IMG/VR virus record: IMGVR_UViG_3300021373_003004
Location: 1-56,907 of that record
Length of the DNA stretch: 56,907 nucleotides
Direction: 5' to 3' (one strand)
Source of the DNA: a virus
Lineage: Duplodnaviria > Caudoviricetes
The translations under genes were made by a program, and so were the position numbers. Below, piece by piece: positions 37,309 through 45,690 of the stretch. How positions within the stretch are numbered: position 1 is the first letter of the stretch; the number at the start of each line of letters is the position of its first letter. The notes under the pieces were generated by a model. It ran no database searches and had not been told where the DNA came from. It saw only the letters and a program-made list of their open reading frames with translations.

Positions 37309-37566
37309 ATGAGTGATATATTTGATTTTGGCTTTACGGCTGTCGATGAACAAGAATTAGAAGCCGTACAGAAAGCTAGTGCTACTGCTACAGAAACAGC
37401 TCAAACAGCAGAGCAGTTACAAGAGAAGTTAGATAAGCTATATAACGCTATAACACCACTGCTTAATAATTTAAAAAAGAATCCTGAAAAGGAATATATA
37501 CTATGGCCAAATAGATTAGCTAAAGTTGAAGAGTTCGAAACACATCTACAAAAGATTTATAGTTAA
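37309..37566 (+). CDS. Conserved T4-like hypothetical protein
   Basis: FDFGFTAVDE...PLLNNLKKNPEKEYILWPNR motif. Confidence 0.75.
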   Translation: MSDIFDFGFTAVDEQELEAVQKASATATETAQTAEQLQEKLDKLYNAITPLLNNLKKNPEKEYILWPNRLAKVEEFETHLQKIYS

Positions 37567-37577
37567 AAGAGGATATA

Positions 37578-38225
37578 ATGGAATTTAAAACAAGAATGAT
37601 TAGAATTAAGGGTAATGATGTATCCGAAAAATACGCAAAATATTGTAACCGTTCTTGGGTTGGATTCGACCTTAGATATTATGATGCCGTAACTCCAGAA
37701 ACTTTACATGAACAATCAGGCTTAACATTTGGAACTAGAGGTAATGGAAGAGAATTAACAGACACCGAAAAGGCTTGTTTTTATAGTCAATATAATTTAT
37801 GGAAAAAATGTGCTATAGAAAGAGTTCCAATCTTAGTACTAGAACATGACGCTTATTTAAGGAAACCTTCAGCTATTAAATATAATCCTCATTTGTTAGT
37901 TCAATTTTTTGGACAGCACTCTATGGAAGCAGTGATGTATCATCCTAATATGTGCGCTAGACTACTAAAGTACTGTGCAAATAATGAGGTGACTGGTCCA
38001 ATGAATTTAGTAGATAAATTATTAGGATATTTTAGAATAGGTCAGCAAAGTAGGTATGGATTGCCTCACGCAAGATATCAAGGTAGATTCGCGCCTGTAA
38101 GGTCAGTAATTGATCCAGATTTAGGAACGACAGTAGATCATGATGGTTCTACACTAGATAGATTAGCTAAAGGCGATGGGGATTTATTTGATATAATAAA
38201 GTTTTATGATGATGGGGATTCTTAG
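37578..38225 (+). CDS. Glycosyltransferase family 25-like
   Basis: YDAVTP, EKACFYSQYNLWKKC and ILVLEHDA motifs. Confidence 0.7.
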   Translation: MEFKTRMIRIKGNDVSEKYAKYCNRSWVGFDLRYYDAVTPETLHEQSGLTFGTRGNGRELTDTEKACFYSQYNLWKKCAIERVPILVLEHDAYLRKPSAIKYNPHLLVQFFGQHSMEAVMYHPNMCARLLKYCANNEVTGPMNLVDKLLGYFRIGQQSRYGLPHARYQGRFAPVRSVIDPDLGTTVDHDGSTLDRLAKGDGDLFDIIKFYDDGDS

Positions 38226-38822
38226 TCACCAATGACTGCCAATCACTGTAAATCTTTTATATTTTCCCATATCAGCATAACCTTCAAATAAAATATGAGT
38301 CAGATTATATTGTTTTTTTAACTCTTTCGTAGAGTCAACGCAGTTTATATGCTCTTCAATTGTTCTGTAATTATTAGATTGCAAAGCATATAATGGACCA
38401 TGAATAGTAGGTAATGGTTTCATATGCTCGCAACTAGTATTAATAATTAAATCATATTTTTCAAAATCAGAATATTCTGTTGCATCAGCTACAATCGAAT
38501 CATAATTTTTACGTATATTATTATAGTCAAAATATAAATCTCGATGTTGATGAACAACCGGATCAATATCTAAAAAATGAAACCATCCTACTTTGCATTC
38601 CTTTTGCATTAATTCCCATAATAAAATAGAATTCCAACTGCCAATAACTAACACATTGTCATACGCTGTGTTAGTATTAGCTATTTCTTCAACCAAAAAT
38701 TCTTTTGATTTTATTTGAGATCCTTTAAAGCTTTCTATGTAATTAGATACACCCGCAATATTTTTATCTTGCATATAATAAAGTGTATCAGCCACCCTAC
38801 CTAAAACTTTAAAAGCATTCAT
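38226..38822 (-). CDS. Class I SAM-dependent methyltransferase-like protein
   Basis: VLVIGSW, FLDIDP, VADA and DLIINTSCEHM motifs. Confidence 0.65.
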   Translation of the reverse strand: MNAFKVLGRVADTLYYMQDKNIAGVSNYIESFKGSQIKSKEFLVEEIANTNTAYDNVLVIGSWNSILLWELMQKECKVGWFHFLDIDPVVHQHRDLYFDYNNIRKNYDSIVADATEYSDFEKYDLIINTSCEHMKPLPTIHGPLYALQSNNYRTIEEHINCVDSTKELKKQYNLTHILFEGYADMGKYKRFTVIGSHW

Positions 38823-38837
38823 GGAATTACCAATTCT

Positions 38838-39086
38838 TTATTTGTCATTAAATACTTCTAGCGCATCTAGAACGCCGTCGATTTTTTCCATATTAGAATC
38901 GATCTTTGCATGATGCGTATCATGATCTAATTTATGTTGAGCATACAATGCTGAATGTGCTCCACTCAATTTTAAAAAGTCATTATTTACATCTACAATT
39001 TGAGCTTGTAAGTCATCCATACGAGCATCGTTTTCTTTGATGCCTTCTGCTAATGTATAGATGATAACTGCTGCGATAATTTCCAT
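38838..39086 (-). CDS. Hypothetical protein (hydrophobic N-terminus, coiled coil)
   Basis: ORF with GGAG RBS. Confidence 0.55.
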   Translation of the reverse strand: MEIIAAVIIYTLAEGIKENDARMDDLQAQIVDVNNDFLKLSGAHSALYAQHKLDHDTHHAKIDSNMEKIDGVLDALEVFNDK

Positions 39087-39089
39087 GAT

Positions 39090-39278
39090 TTACTCCTTTA
39101 CTTCAATTTTCATACAAATCGCTTGCATATTAGCAGGAAAATAGCCATTAAATCCCCCTACCTCTGAACTTAGCTGCTCTCTAGCAGCAAAGCATTCCAA
39201 ATGTGTCTCAAAGACACCGTTTCCAACAGTCATGATCTGACCATCCCAATATGTCATAAACACTAATAACCAAGCCAT
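39090..39278 (-). CDS. Small hypothetical protein
   Basis: MAWLLVF...F.T.LECF..RE...AIC pattern; TAATG coupling. Confidence 0.6.
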   Translation of the reverse strand: MAWLLVFMTYWDGQIMTVGNGVFETHLECFAAREQLSSEVGGFNGYFPANMQAICMKIEVKE

Positions 39279-39985
39279 TATAAAATCTTATCCTCAAATA
39301 TCATTAACTCACGTCCTGGATATTCCATACCTTCGACCACAATCGGATAGTGAACAATTTTAGAACCAGCAAATCTTTTCTTCAAATTCAATCTAATTAA
39401 ATCTTTATGCGGGGAAATACAACGATAGCGTATTTTAGGATTATCAGGTTCAGTATAGCTCCATGCTATACCATCAAACTGAAAATTTCCATCCATTGGT
39501 TCTGGCATCATCCATGGAATGTTATCAAATAGCTTGCCATGATTATGCACAGAGATAATCATAGTACCACCTAACTGAACCATTTCAGCCATTTTATAAA
39601 TGAATCGCATCACATCCGCTAAGGTGTCTTGATGAGTATATCCTAACCAAAAGTTTGTCATCATATCATATTTTTCTGTGACCGGCAATTCTAAAAAATC
39701 AGCTTCTAAAAAACGTATAGCTTTATTATTCTTTTCAGCATTTTCTCTTGCATATGTTAACATTTTGCGCGATTTATCAATACCACAGCGTGAATAGTTG
39801 CCCTTAGCAGTTCTAAGGTGATATCCAGTACCGCATGCGACATCACACCAATTTTGATAATTGCGTTCAGCCATAAATTTTTCGACTGTTGATATTTCTG
39901 TTTTTATATCATTAGATACAACATCATGATGAATATAACGTTCTTCATAAATATCGACTAATTCTTGATTGTCATATGGATCCAT
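39278..39985 (-). CDS. Class I SAM-dependent methyltransferase
   Basis: DVACGTGYH, GIDKSRKML, LEADF and GGTMII motifs. Confidence 0.88.
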   Translation of the reverse strand: MDPYDNQELVDIYEERYIHHDVVSNDIKTEISTVEKFMAERNYQNWCDVACGTGYHLRTAKGNYSRCGIDKSRKMLTYARENAEKNNKAIRFLEADFLELPVTEKYDMMTNFWLGYTHQDTLADVMRFIYKMAEMVQLGGTMIISVHNHGKLFDNIPWMMPEPMDGNFQFDGIAWSYTEPDNPKIRYRCISPHKDLIRLNLKKRFAGSKIVHYPIVVEGMEYPGRELMIFEDKIL

Positions 39986-40001
39986 ATCACCTCTCTAATA
40001 T

Positions 40002-40078
40002 TGGCGACCCCTGTAGGATTCGAACCCACGACCTAGTGCTTAGAAGGCACTTGCTCTATCCAGCTGAGCTAAGGAGTC
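40002..40078 (-). tRNA. tRNA-Arg (anticodon UCU) with encoded CCA
   Basis: GACTCCT/GGGGTC acceptor stem, TAGCTCAGCTGGATAGAGC D-arm, AGTGC-CTTCTAA-GCACT anticodon arm, GGTTCGAATCC T-arm. Confidence 0.96.
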
Positions 40079-40086
40079 ATTATTAT

Positions 40087-40548
40087 CTATTTCACAAAAG
40101 TACCACTATATTCTTTACCATCTACTGTCCAAGTAATAATAGAATAATCGTACACTTTCTTATTTACATCTTTATATTCAGTAATATTTTCACATTGACG
40201 TTCAGTCTTATAACCTGTGATTACAGTCTCTGTACGTGGTTTGTTTGCTTTATCAGCAGCAATGATGCCACCAAGGACAGCACCCGCTGCAGCACCATCA
40301 TCTTTACCAGTTACACCTTTACCGAGTAGACCACCAAGGATCATACCACCGAGAACATCACCACCTGATGCACCGCCACCTTGACGTGTAACCGTTCCAT
40401 AGATTGGAACCTCTACGTTTTGACATACTTGACGAGTATATGGAGTGCGTTCAACTACTGTGGCAAATACGTCCTCAATAGTTGCTTTTGTTGTTTCTGC
40501 CACAGCAGGAGTTGCAACAATCGCTGTTGCTAATAGAATACGTATCAT
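40087..40548 (-). CDS. Glycine-zipper 2TM protein with signal peptide (YcfJ-like)
   Basis: GGMILGGLLG...GAAAGAVLGG; paired Cys; N-terminal signal peptide ending PAVA. Confidence 0.8.
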   Translation of the reverse strand: MIRILLATAIVATPAVAETTKATIEDVFATVVERTPYTRQVCQNVEVPIYGTVTRQGGGASGGDVLGGMILGGLLGKGVTGKDDGAAAGAVLGGIIAADKANKPRTETVITGYKTERQCENITEYKDVNKKVYDYSIITWTVDGKEYSGTFVK

Positions 40549-40682
40549 TTTTTATCGTAAGCCTCTTTCCAGATTTCGGTTGCGTCTTTAGCGCCTTTAT
40601 TAGCACCTACCATCCATCCCATTAAGAATGATAAAAAGCACATGCACAAGACTTCAATTACCAAGAATGTTTCATAAGACAT
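40545..40682 (-). CDS. Small membrane protein (45 aa, below the ORF-track cutoff)
   Basis: AGGAG RBS; MSYETFLVIEVLCMCFLSFLMGWMVG...; ATGA overlap. Confidence 0.55.
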   Translation of the reverse strand: MSYETFLVIEVLCMCFLSFLMGWMVGANKGAKDATEIWKEAYDKK

Positions 40683-40693
40683 AATATATTCTC

Positions 40694-40921
40694 CTATTTG
40701 GATTTAGTTTCACTATATTCTTCTACTAGTTCATTAACTAGCATGTATATAATATCCACATCCTCTTCATTGAGAGGAGGGATCTCTTTATTATACAAGC
40801 CTTTTACGATCTCATCTTCGATGTTATCACGGTTTGCTTTGCCCTCTACGAGAGGACAATGGTATCCTTGTTGCAGGATATGAAAAACCATTTGACCTTG
40901 TTGCTCAGCTGTCAGTAGCAT
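40694..40921 (-). CDS. Hypothetical protein
   Basis: GGAGG RBS. Confidence 0.6.
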   Translation of the reverse strand: MLLTAEQQGQMVFHILQQGYHCPLVEGKANRDNIEDEIVKGLYNKEIPPLNEEDVDIIYMLVNELVEEYSETKSK

Positions 40922-41042
40922 TTTTTTCCTCCACTAGAAAACGAACTGTCATTAGATTACCTTCTTCACGCTTGACATAATATTCTAGACCATGATCACG
41001 AACTAATTTAGATAAAACTTTTCTTAGTTCTTCGGCAGTCAT
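40905..41042 (-). CDS. Small hypothetical protein (45 aa)
   Basis: TAATG coupling; MTAEELRKVLSKLVRDHGLEYY... Confidence 0.5.
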   Translation of the reverse strand: MTAEELRKVLSKLVRDHGLEYYVKREEGNLMTVRFLVEEKNATDS

Positions 41043-41329
41043 TAGACTGCCTCCAAAGCACGAGTATCTACATTATTCACGATACGATCGAACATTTTCT
41101 TAGCATCGTCATCGTTAGTAAAGCCATACTCAGAAGCAAAGTCCATATCTGATGAAAAATAAGTACCAGCATCAGAGAAGCCATAACGCTCAATCCAATA
41201 TACACCATCTGCAATATCATCTGCACGACGTTTGATTTCACCCTCAGCAGTTTCGATTGTGAAAACTAGACCAGCTGAACAAGCGTTGACATATTTGATA
41301 CCAAGATTTTTCATAGTGTTCTCCATCAT
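41042..41329 (-). CDS. Hypothetical early protein
   Basis: Downstream of an early promoter; YFSSDMDFASEYGF motif. Confidence 0.65.
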   Translation of the reverse strand: MMENTMKNLGIKYVNACSAGLVFTIETAEGEIKRRADDIADGVYWIERYGFSDAGTYFSSDMDFASEYGFTNDDDAKKMFDRIVNNVDTRALEAV

Positions 41330-41340
41330 GTTATATGTAT

Positions 41341-41400
41341 ATACTATACTATTTAAAAGGTAATGTACACACTTTTGTTTTCAATGAAATCAATCACTTA
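41341..41400 (-). promoter_or_regulatory. Early promoter (TGTACA-N17-TAGTAT) with upstream IHF-like site
   Basis: Promoter motif at 41341-41370; AATCAATCACTTA at 41388-41400. Confidence 0.68.
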
Positions 41401-41408
41401 GAATTTTT

Positions 41409-41840
41409 TTATGGAGTAATAGTAATCTCTTTTACTTTATGAGGTTGATTAACTATCCAATCAATAACAGACACACAATAATTTATAGACATTTTATGTC
41501 CTTTATATTGCTCAACTCTTGGTGAATCAAACCACCCAAACTTAATATTTGTAGTATTTATGCCACTGTAAAATAATTGTTCATTTGCTTTATCTAACGC
41601 AGCTTTTTCTACTGCATAGATATGTGGTCGGGTTTTAAAACCATCACTAGAATTAGACCCGATATTAATTATCCGTTTCCCTTGACCTGCAGCTTTATAC
41701 AAGAGTCTAACTTGATCAAATCCATCATGTTTACAGTTTATGAATATATCACAGTCCTCTAGATTGCCGACATTACCATACTTTTCTTCTAGAGCTTTAC
41801 CGAGTCCTCTACGAGTTCCTGTGATATAAAATTTAGTCAT
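41409..41840 (-). CDS. Minimal short-chain dehydrogenase/reductase-like protein
   Basis: ITGTRRGLG (TGxxxGxG), IINIGS and YAVEK (YxxxK) motifs. Confidence 0.8.
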   Translation of the reverse strand: MTKFYITGTRRGLGKALEEKYGNVGNLEDCDIFINCKHDGFDQVRLLYKAAGQGKRIINIGSNSSDGFKTRPHIYAVEKAALDKANEQLFYSGINTTNIKFGWFDSPRVEQYKGHKMSINYCVSVIDWIVNQPHKVKEITITP

Positions 41841-41993
41841 TCTTTGTAACTGTCTCAACCATTATCAAAGCGTATCCAAGAGTCCGGATATCGATCTCTT
41901 GAATCCCCTCCCAATCCTTCTCCATTATCCTCTTTGCGCATTCTACTACTGTCATAACGAATCCATCCATCTAAGTCTTTTAAGTCAATGTTA

Positions 41994-42299
41994 TCAAACG
42001 GGGTCTGCTGCATAGCTGAGTCTGACACTTTGCAAAGCTCCTTTTATCTGTGGAGGATATTCTCCAATATAAGTTCCTGCTACTAACATGTCTTTTGTCA
42101 GATATTCTTTGTGTCTGTGATTTATTTCATCCCAATATTCTAAGATTCTCTTAGCTATTGTGTCAAAAGTGTGATCCTCTAAAATTGGATCATCCTCAAC
42201 ATAATAGGCATATGCTGCCATTATGTACCATGGAACGTACATATTGATAGAGTCATCACATACATCCATGCATGCCTTCTCAATATCGTTTAGTGCCAT
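41994..42299 (-). CDS. Stand-alone protein resembling subdomain Ia of NAD-dependent DNA ligase
   Basis: AYAYYVEDDPILEDHTFD resembles LigA YYxxDxPxxxDxxYD. Confidence 0.6.
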   Translation of the reverse strand: MALNDIEKACMDVCDDSINMYVPWYIMAAYAYYVEDDPILEDHTFDTIAKRILEYWDEINHRHKEYLTKDMLVAGTYIGEYPPQIKGALQSVRLSYAADPV

Positions 42300-42714
42300 C
42301 CCACAACTCCTTTAGTTGTTTCTCCATACGATGCGCTTCGATTTCCCAAGGTCGATCGTCATACGGCATATCACTACTATATACAGCTTTGTTAAACTTC
42401 ACTTCGTGTACCCAATTCTGCACCATACGTCGTGAAACGTATTGCCATACGTGGACCATCTCGTGTAAGACAGTTTCTATCATTTGTTCTAGGGGAAGTG
42501 ATACATCGATGCGGATCGTAAACTCACGATCACCTTCATCCATACAGTCGCCGTAAACTCCTTGCTTTTCCGCTAACTTGCGTATCGTTCTAATATTTAT
42601 ATAAACTGGTTTACGAATACGAGGCATTAGCGATTGAGAAGCAAAATAAACTGCTTCATCAATAGCTTTACGGCGATACTTAGCGCATTTTGTTTCATAA
42701 TCAATAACAATCAT
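42280..42714 (-). CDS. HEXXH zinc metallopeptidase-like protein
   Basis: TVLHEMVHVWQ...PWEIEAH motif. Confidence 0.8.
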   Translation of the reverse strand: MIVIDYETKCAKYRRKAIDEAVYFASQSLMPRIRKPVYINIRTIRKLAEKQGVYGDCMDEGDREFTIRIDVSLPLEQMIETVLHEMVHVWQYVSRRMVQNWVHEVKFNKAVYSSDMPYDDRPWEIEAHRMEKQLKELWDGTKRY

Positions 42715-42720
42715 AAAAAC

Positions 42721-42750
42721 ATTCTACACTGTAATTTTGTGATTGTACAC
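42721..42750 (-). promoter_or_regulatory. Early promoter (TGTACA-N17-TAGAAT)
   Basis: Copy of the repeated motif; ATG 6 nt after the -10 box. Confidence 0.72.
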
Positions 42751-43352
42751 TACTTTTTTGTGTAAATTTCTACATTCTCTGGAACATCAAACTTGATCTT
42801 GTCATGTTTATGGTGTAGTACAAACTTTGTCTGATGACTAAACTCTTCAAAGATACCTTTCCAGATAGGTCTCCAATTGTCATTGAGTCTTACATTATTT
42901 GTAGCACCTCTGTCAGAGTTGAGGTAAAAGTCAGTACAACTACGTAAGTTCATGTCGAATAGACTATCAAATCCATATAGGTGCATTTCGTCAGGTTTGA
43001 AAGATGTGGCTGCATAGTGGGCTGCAAAGTGCCCACAGTTAAAGTCTGTATAATTGCGTACATATTTAGGTAGAGTGAGATAGAACTGTCTAATCTTTTG
43101 AGCATGTTTCATATAGAACTGAGGTCTCATCTCACACCATTTCTTAGGCCTATAACCTACCACCCAAGGTCCTGGTACCTCTACGCTACCTTCATTGATA
43201 GCAGCCATCATTTTAAAGTCTACAATACATGTAGCATATGCATCTTGTACTGGAAATGGTGGAAGATTACACGTAAGCTTGACTCCTTTTGAGCCTTGTT
43301 TGTACATAGTGGCGTTATCACCATTACCAATCAAATGAAGTACTTTAGTCAT
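42750..43352 (-). CDS. Putative glycosyltransferase, sialyltransferase/Maf-like Rossmann fold
   Basis: LIGNG, CN, NCGHFAA and MHLYGFD motifs. Confidence 0.5.
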   Translation of the reverse strand: MTKVLHLIGNGDNATMYKQGSKGVKLTCNLPPFPVQDAYATCIVDFKMMAAINEGSVEVPGPWVVGYRPKKWCEMRPQFYMKHAQKIRQFYLTLPKYVRNYTDFNCGHFAAHYAATSFKPDEMHLYGFDSLFDMNLRSCTDFYLNSDRGATNNVRLNDNWRPIWKGIFEEFSHQTKFVLHHKHDKIKFDVPENVEIYTKK

Positions 43353-44026
43353 AATTTACCTGCTATTTTATCCTTAATTCTATCCTTACCCTTTTTACCG
43401 GTCCAATGCATAACAAGTTTATCTTTGCTATCCTCGTTATCATTCTCTAACTGCACTCTTAACCAGTTGTACTTATTCGGAATCTCTGTTATGTTTATCA
43501 TTTTATCAAGTGGTGTAGGAAGCATAGCATGTAGTGTTTCTTGATCCCCACGTTTTGGATTATGCTGAACCTCATTCATCCATTTCCGTAATATTTCAGG
43601 TTTTCCTTTTACACCTACGACGCCAGAGTTATGCCACTCTTCTCCACTACGTTTAGACCATGGTCTGTCAATAGCCATAGCAATTTTACCAGGTTCGATA
43701 TAGTCAAAAACACCACTAATATCACCAAGCACTTCACAATCAGTATCGATCCATACGGTTGTTGGTGATGGACTATGATACAACGCATATGGTTTCAAGA
43801 ACCAGCCACCAACTTTAGTGTCTTTAATTTGTAAGAATAAGTCAAAGCACTTGGTGTGCTGCATCCAAGCAATAGTTGCTTGGTCTACACCAAAGTCACA
43901 GAAACAAATTGGTGTGTCATTATGTTTTCTATAGTTTTCAATAAACCATGGTAACATCCAAACTTGGCTTTGGTCACAGCCAGTCATGAACATTTTAGTG
44001 TGCTTCTTCGATCCTGTAGGTTTCAT
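43349..44026 (-). CDS. GT-A glycosyltransferase (GT8-like); start uncertain
   Basis: GWFLKP, VWIDTDC (DxD), HNSGVV, GDQE and VMHWTG motifs. Confidence 0.75.
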   Translation of the reverse strand: MKPTGSKKHTKMFMTGCDQSQVWMLPWFIENYRKHNDTPICFCDFGVDQATIAWMQHTKCFDLFLQIKDTKVGGWFLKPYALYHSPSPTTVWIDTDCEVLGDISGVFDYIEPGKIAMAIDRPWSKRSGEEWHNSGVVGVKGKPEILRKWMNEVQHNPKRGDQETLHAMLPTPLDKMINITEIPNKYNWLRVQLENDNEDSKDKLVMHWTGKKGKDRIKDKIAGKL

Positions 44027-44648
44027 TATAACTGTGCTTAGCGAAGCACCCTTCCTTTTTTTGAATAGTAGTGAAGTTATCACGGGCTTCTACAGGCCAA
44101 GGATAATACTCTTGTAGGCCTGGAAATGTATGAATGTTTAGAAATACATCTGTTGGTTTAGCAGCTTTCTTTGCTTGATAGATGAGCTGCTCTGCTCCTT
44201 TGGGTGATACACGGTATGCGTGCGCACCGGGAAAATAAGGTTTAGATACTAAAGGTCCAACACCTAATCGTGTTGGAGTGTTAAATTTACCATATGATGG
44301 TTTACCAAAACTAATACACTGATTAAACGGTACATCAGGTATTTGGTCAACTATCACAGCGTCATGTTCAAATATGGTTATTGTATCACTGGTGTCAACG
44401 GCGCGCTTCCATAAGCTATAATGAGAGAGAAAAGCAGCAACACAATTAGATAAGCGAGAATATTTTTCTTTGAATCCATCAAAATCAATTCCTTCATTTT
44501 TCATCATTCTATTAAGATCTGTGTTATGTGGTGTAATGGCTTCAAAAAACTTGATATCCATTCCATATTTAGCGCCAGATCTGATTGTACGTTCAGCTAC
44601 ATTTACTGAACGTGGATTATTCACTATTGTTATAACATAATTTTTCAT
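43995..44648 (-). CDS. Glycosyltransferase family 25-like
   Basis: YVITI, FEAITP, AFLSHYSLWK, IFEHDA and GAHAYRVSPKGA motifs. Confidence 0.82.
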   Translation of the reverse strand: MKNYVITIVNNPRSVNVAERTIRSGAKYGMDIKFFEAITPHNTDLNRMMKNEGIDFDGFKEKYSRLSNCVAAFLSHYSLWKRAVDTSDTITIFEHDAVIVDQIPDVPFNQCISFGKPSYGKFNTPTRLGVGPLVSKPYFPGAHAYRVSPKGAEQLIYQAKKAAKPTDVFLNIHTFPGLQEYYPWPVEARDNFTTIQKKEGCFAKHSYNETYRIEEAH

Positions 44649-45415
44649 GATGTAGTTGTTGACGGTGTCCCTTGTAATGTTGTATAATAAGGATAGGCTT
44701 GTTCTAACCATGGAAAAAACTGCTTACACATTAAAGCATCATTTGGCCACAAACCTACGGTTGATAGTTGATATAACAAATGTTGGGCTGCTTCTGGTTT
44801 AATTATGTATGCTGAATTACCAGCGATACCTTGAGGAATAGACTCGTCATCTATCCATGGAGCAGGTGCGATACCATTTAGTGCTGTCTCAACAACGCGT
44901 TCATGATATAAAGCTGATTTTCTAGTTGCACCTCTTGGATCATTCAATCCTAATACTCCACCATCAAACCCTCGTTCACCACGTAAGATATTCATAATAT
45001 CAAATGTTCTAGTGAATAAAGCATCATGTTCTAGTACGACAATCGCTTCTTTAATTTCTACACAAAATCTCCAAGCTCTCATATGTGATACTAAACAGGC
45101 TGCAACTTTAGTGTAATCTGTAGCTCTATAACCTGTCAATTTCATACCGCTTGAATGCAATACAGTTTCAGCTGGAGATTTTGGATATGACCAATCTAAT
45201 AAATTAAAACCGAAAGTGTCTAAATCTCTAACTAAAGTAGATGGTGTAGTCGCATCCATTAAAAGCGGCGTTAAAAAAGATTCAGTATTCTTAATAGATT
45301 GTATACATCTACGCGCGCCAACTGTTGAAGCATGGTCATTAATCATTGTAATAATAAGCGCTTTGGGTTGTCTCCTATAAAGCGCCTTTTGTGTTAATGC
45401 AGGAATATCACTCAT
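44645..45415 (-). CDS. Glycosyltransferase family 25-like
   Basis: ACLVSHMRAW, VLEHDA, GNSAYIIKPEAA and PND motifs. Confidence 0.82.
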   Translation of the reverse strand: MSDIPALTQKALYRRQPKALIITMINDHASTVGARRCIQSIKNTESFLTPLLMDATTPSTLVRDLDTFGFNLLDWSYPKSPAETVLHSSGMKLTGYRATDYTKVAACLVSHMRAWRFCVEIKEAIVVLEHDALFTRTFDIMNILRGERGFDGGVLGLNDPRGATRKSALYHERVVETALNGIAPAPWIDDESIPQGIAGNSAYIIKPEAAQHLLYQLSTVGLWPNDALMCKQFFPWLEQAYPYYTTLQGTPSTTTS

Positions 45416-45690
45416 ATCCTGTTCCTCCGGTCTGATAGCTTCTGTCTGATCACTTCCTCACGCTCTTTCTCCCACCAACCAGCATCATAATTATTTTTAT
45501 ATTGCCTTAGTTTAGCGTCCATCTTTTTAGCCATTTGATATGCTTCATCTAGTTTAGCTGTTAAATCGGCATAATGAGGATTCAATCTCAAGTTGTTATA
45601 CATTATGTCATACATTTCTCTGTGTACTTCACAAATAGTTCGGCCGAACTTGTCTTTGTAGACTTCATTAAAAACAGTTTTATCGTTCAT
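45412..45690 (-). CDS. Conserved hypothetical protein
   Basis: TICEVHREMYD...AKKMDAKLRQYK; ATGA coupling. Confidence 0.65.
   Translation of the reverse strand: MNDKTVFNEVYKDKFGRTICEVHREMYDIMYNNLRLNPHYADLTAKLDEAYQMAKKMDAKLRQYKNNYDAGWWEKEREEVIRQKLSDRRNRI

Noticed and set aside
39976-40329. 117-aa + strand ORF
   Set aside because: Antisense to the tRNA-Arg and the glycine-zipper gene; spurious.
34220-42750. Repeated ~30-bp motif as a CRISPR array or mobile-element end
   Set aside because: Dispersed single copies upstream of genes with -35/-10 geometry; no regular spacers, cas genes or transposase.
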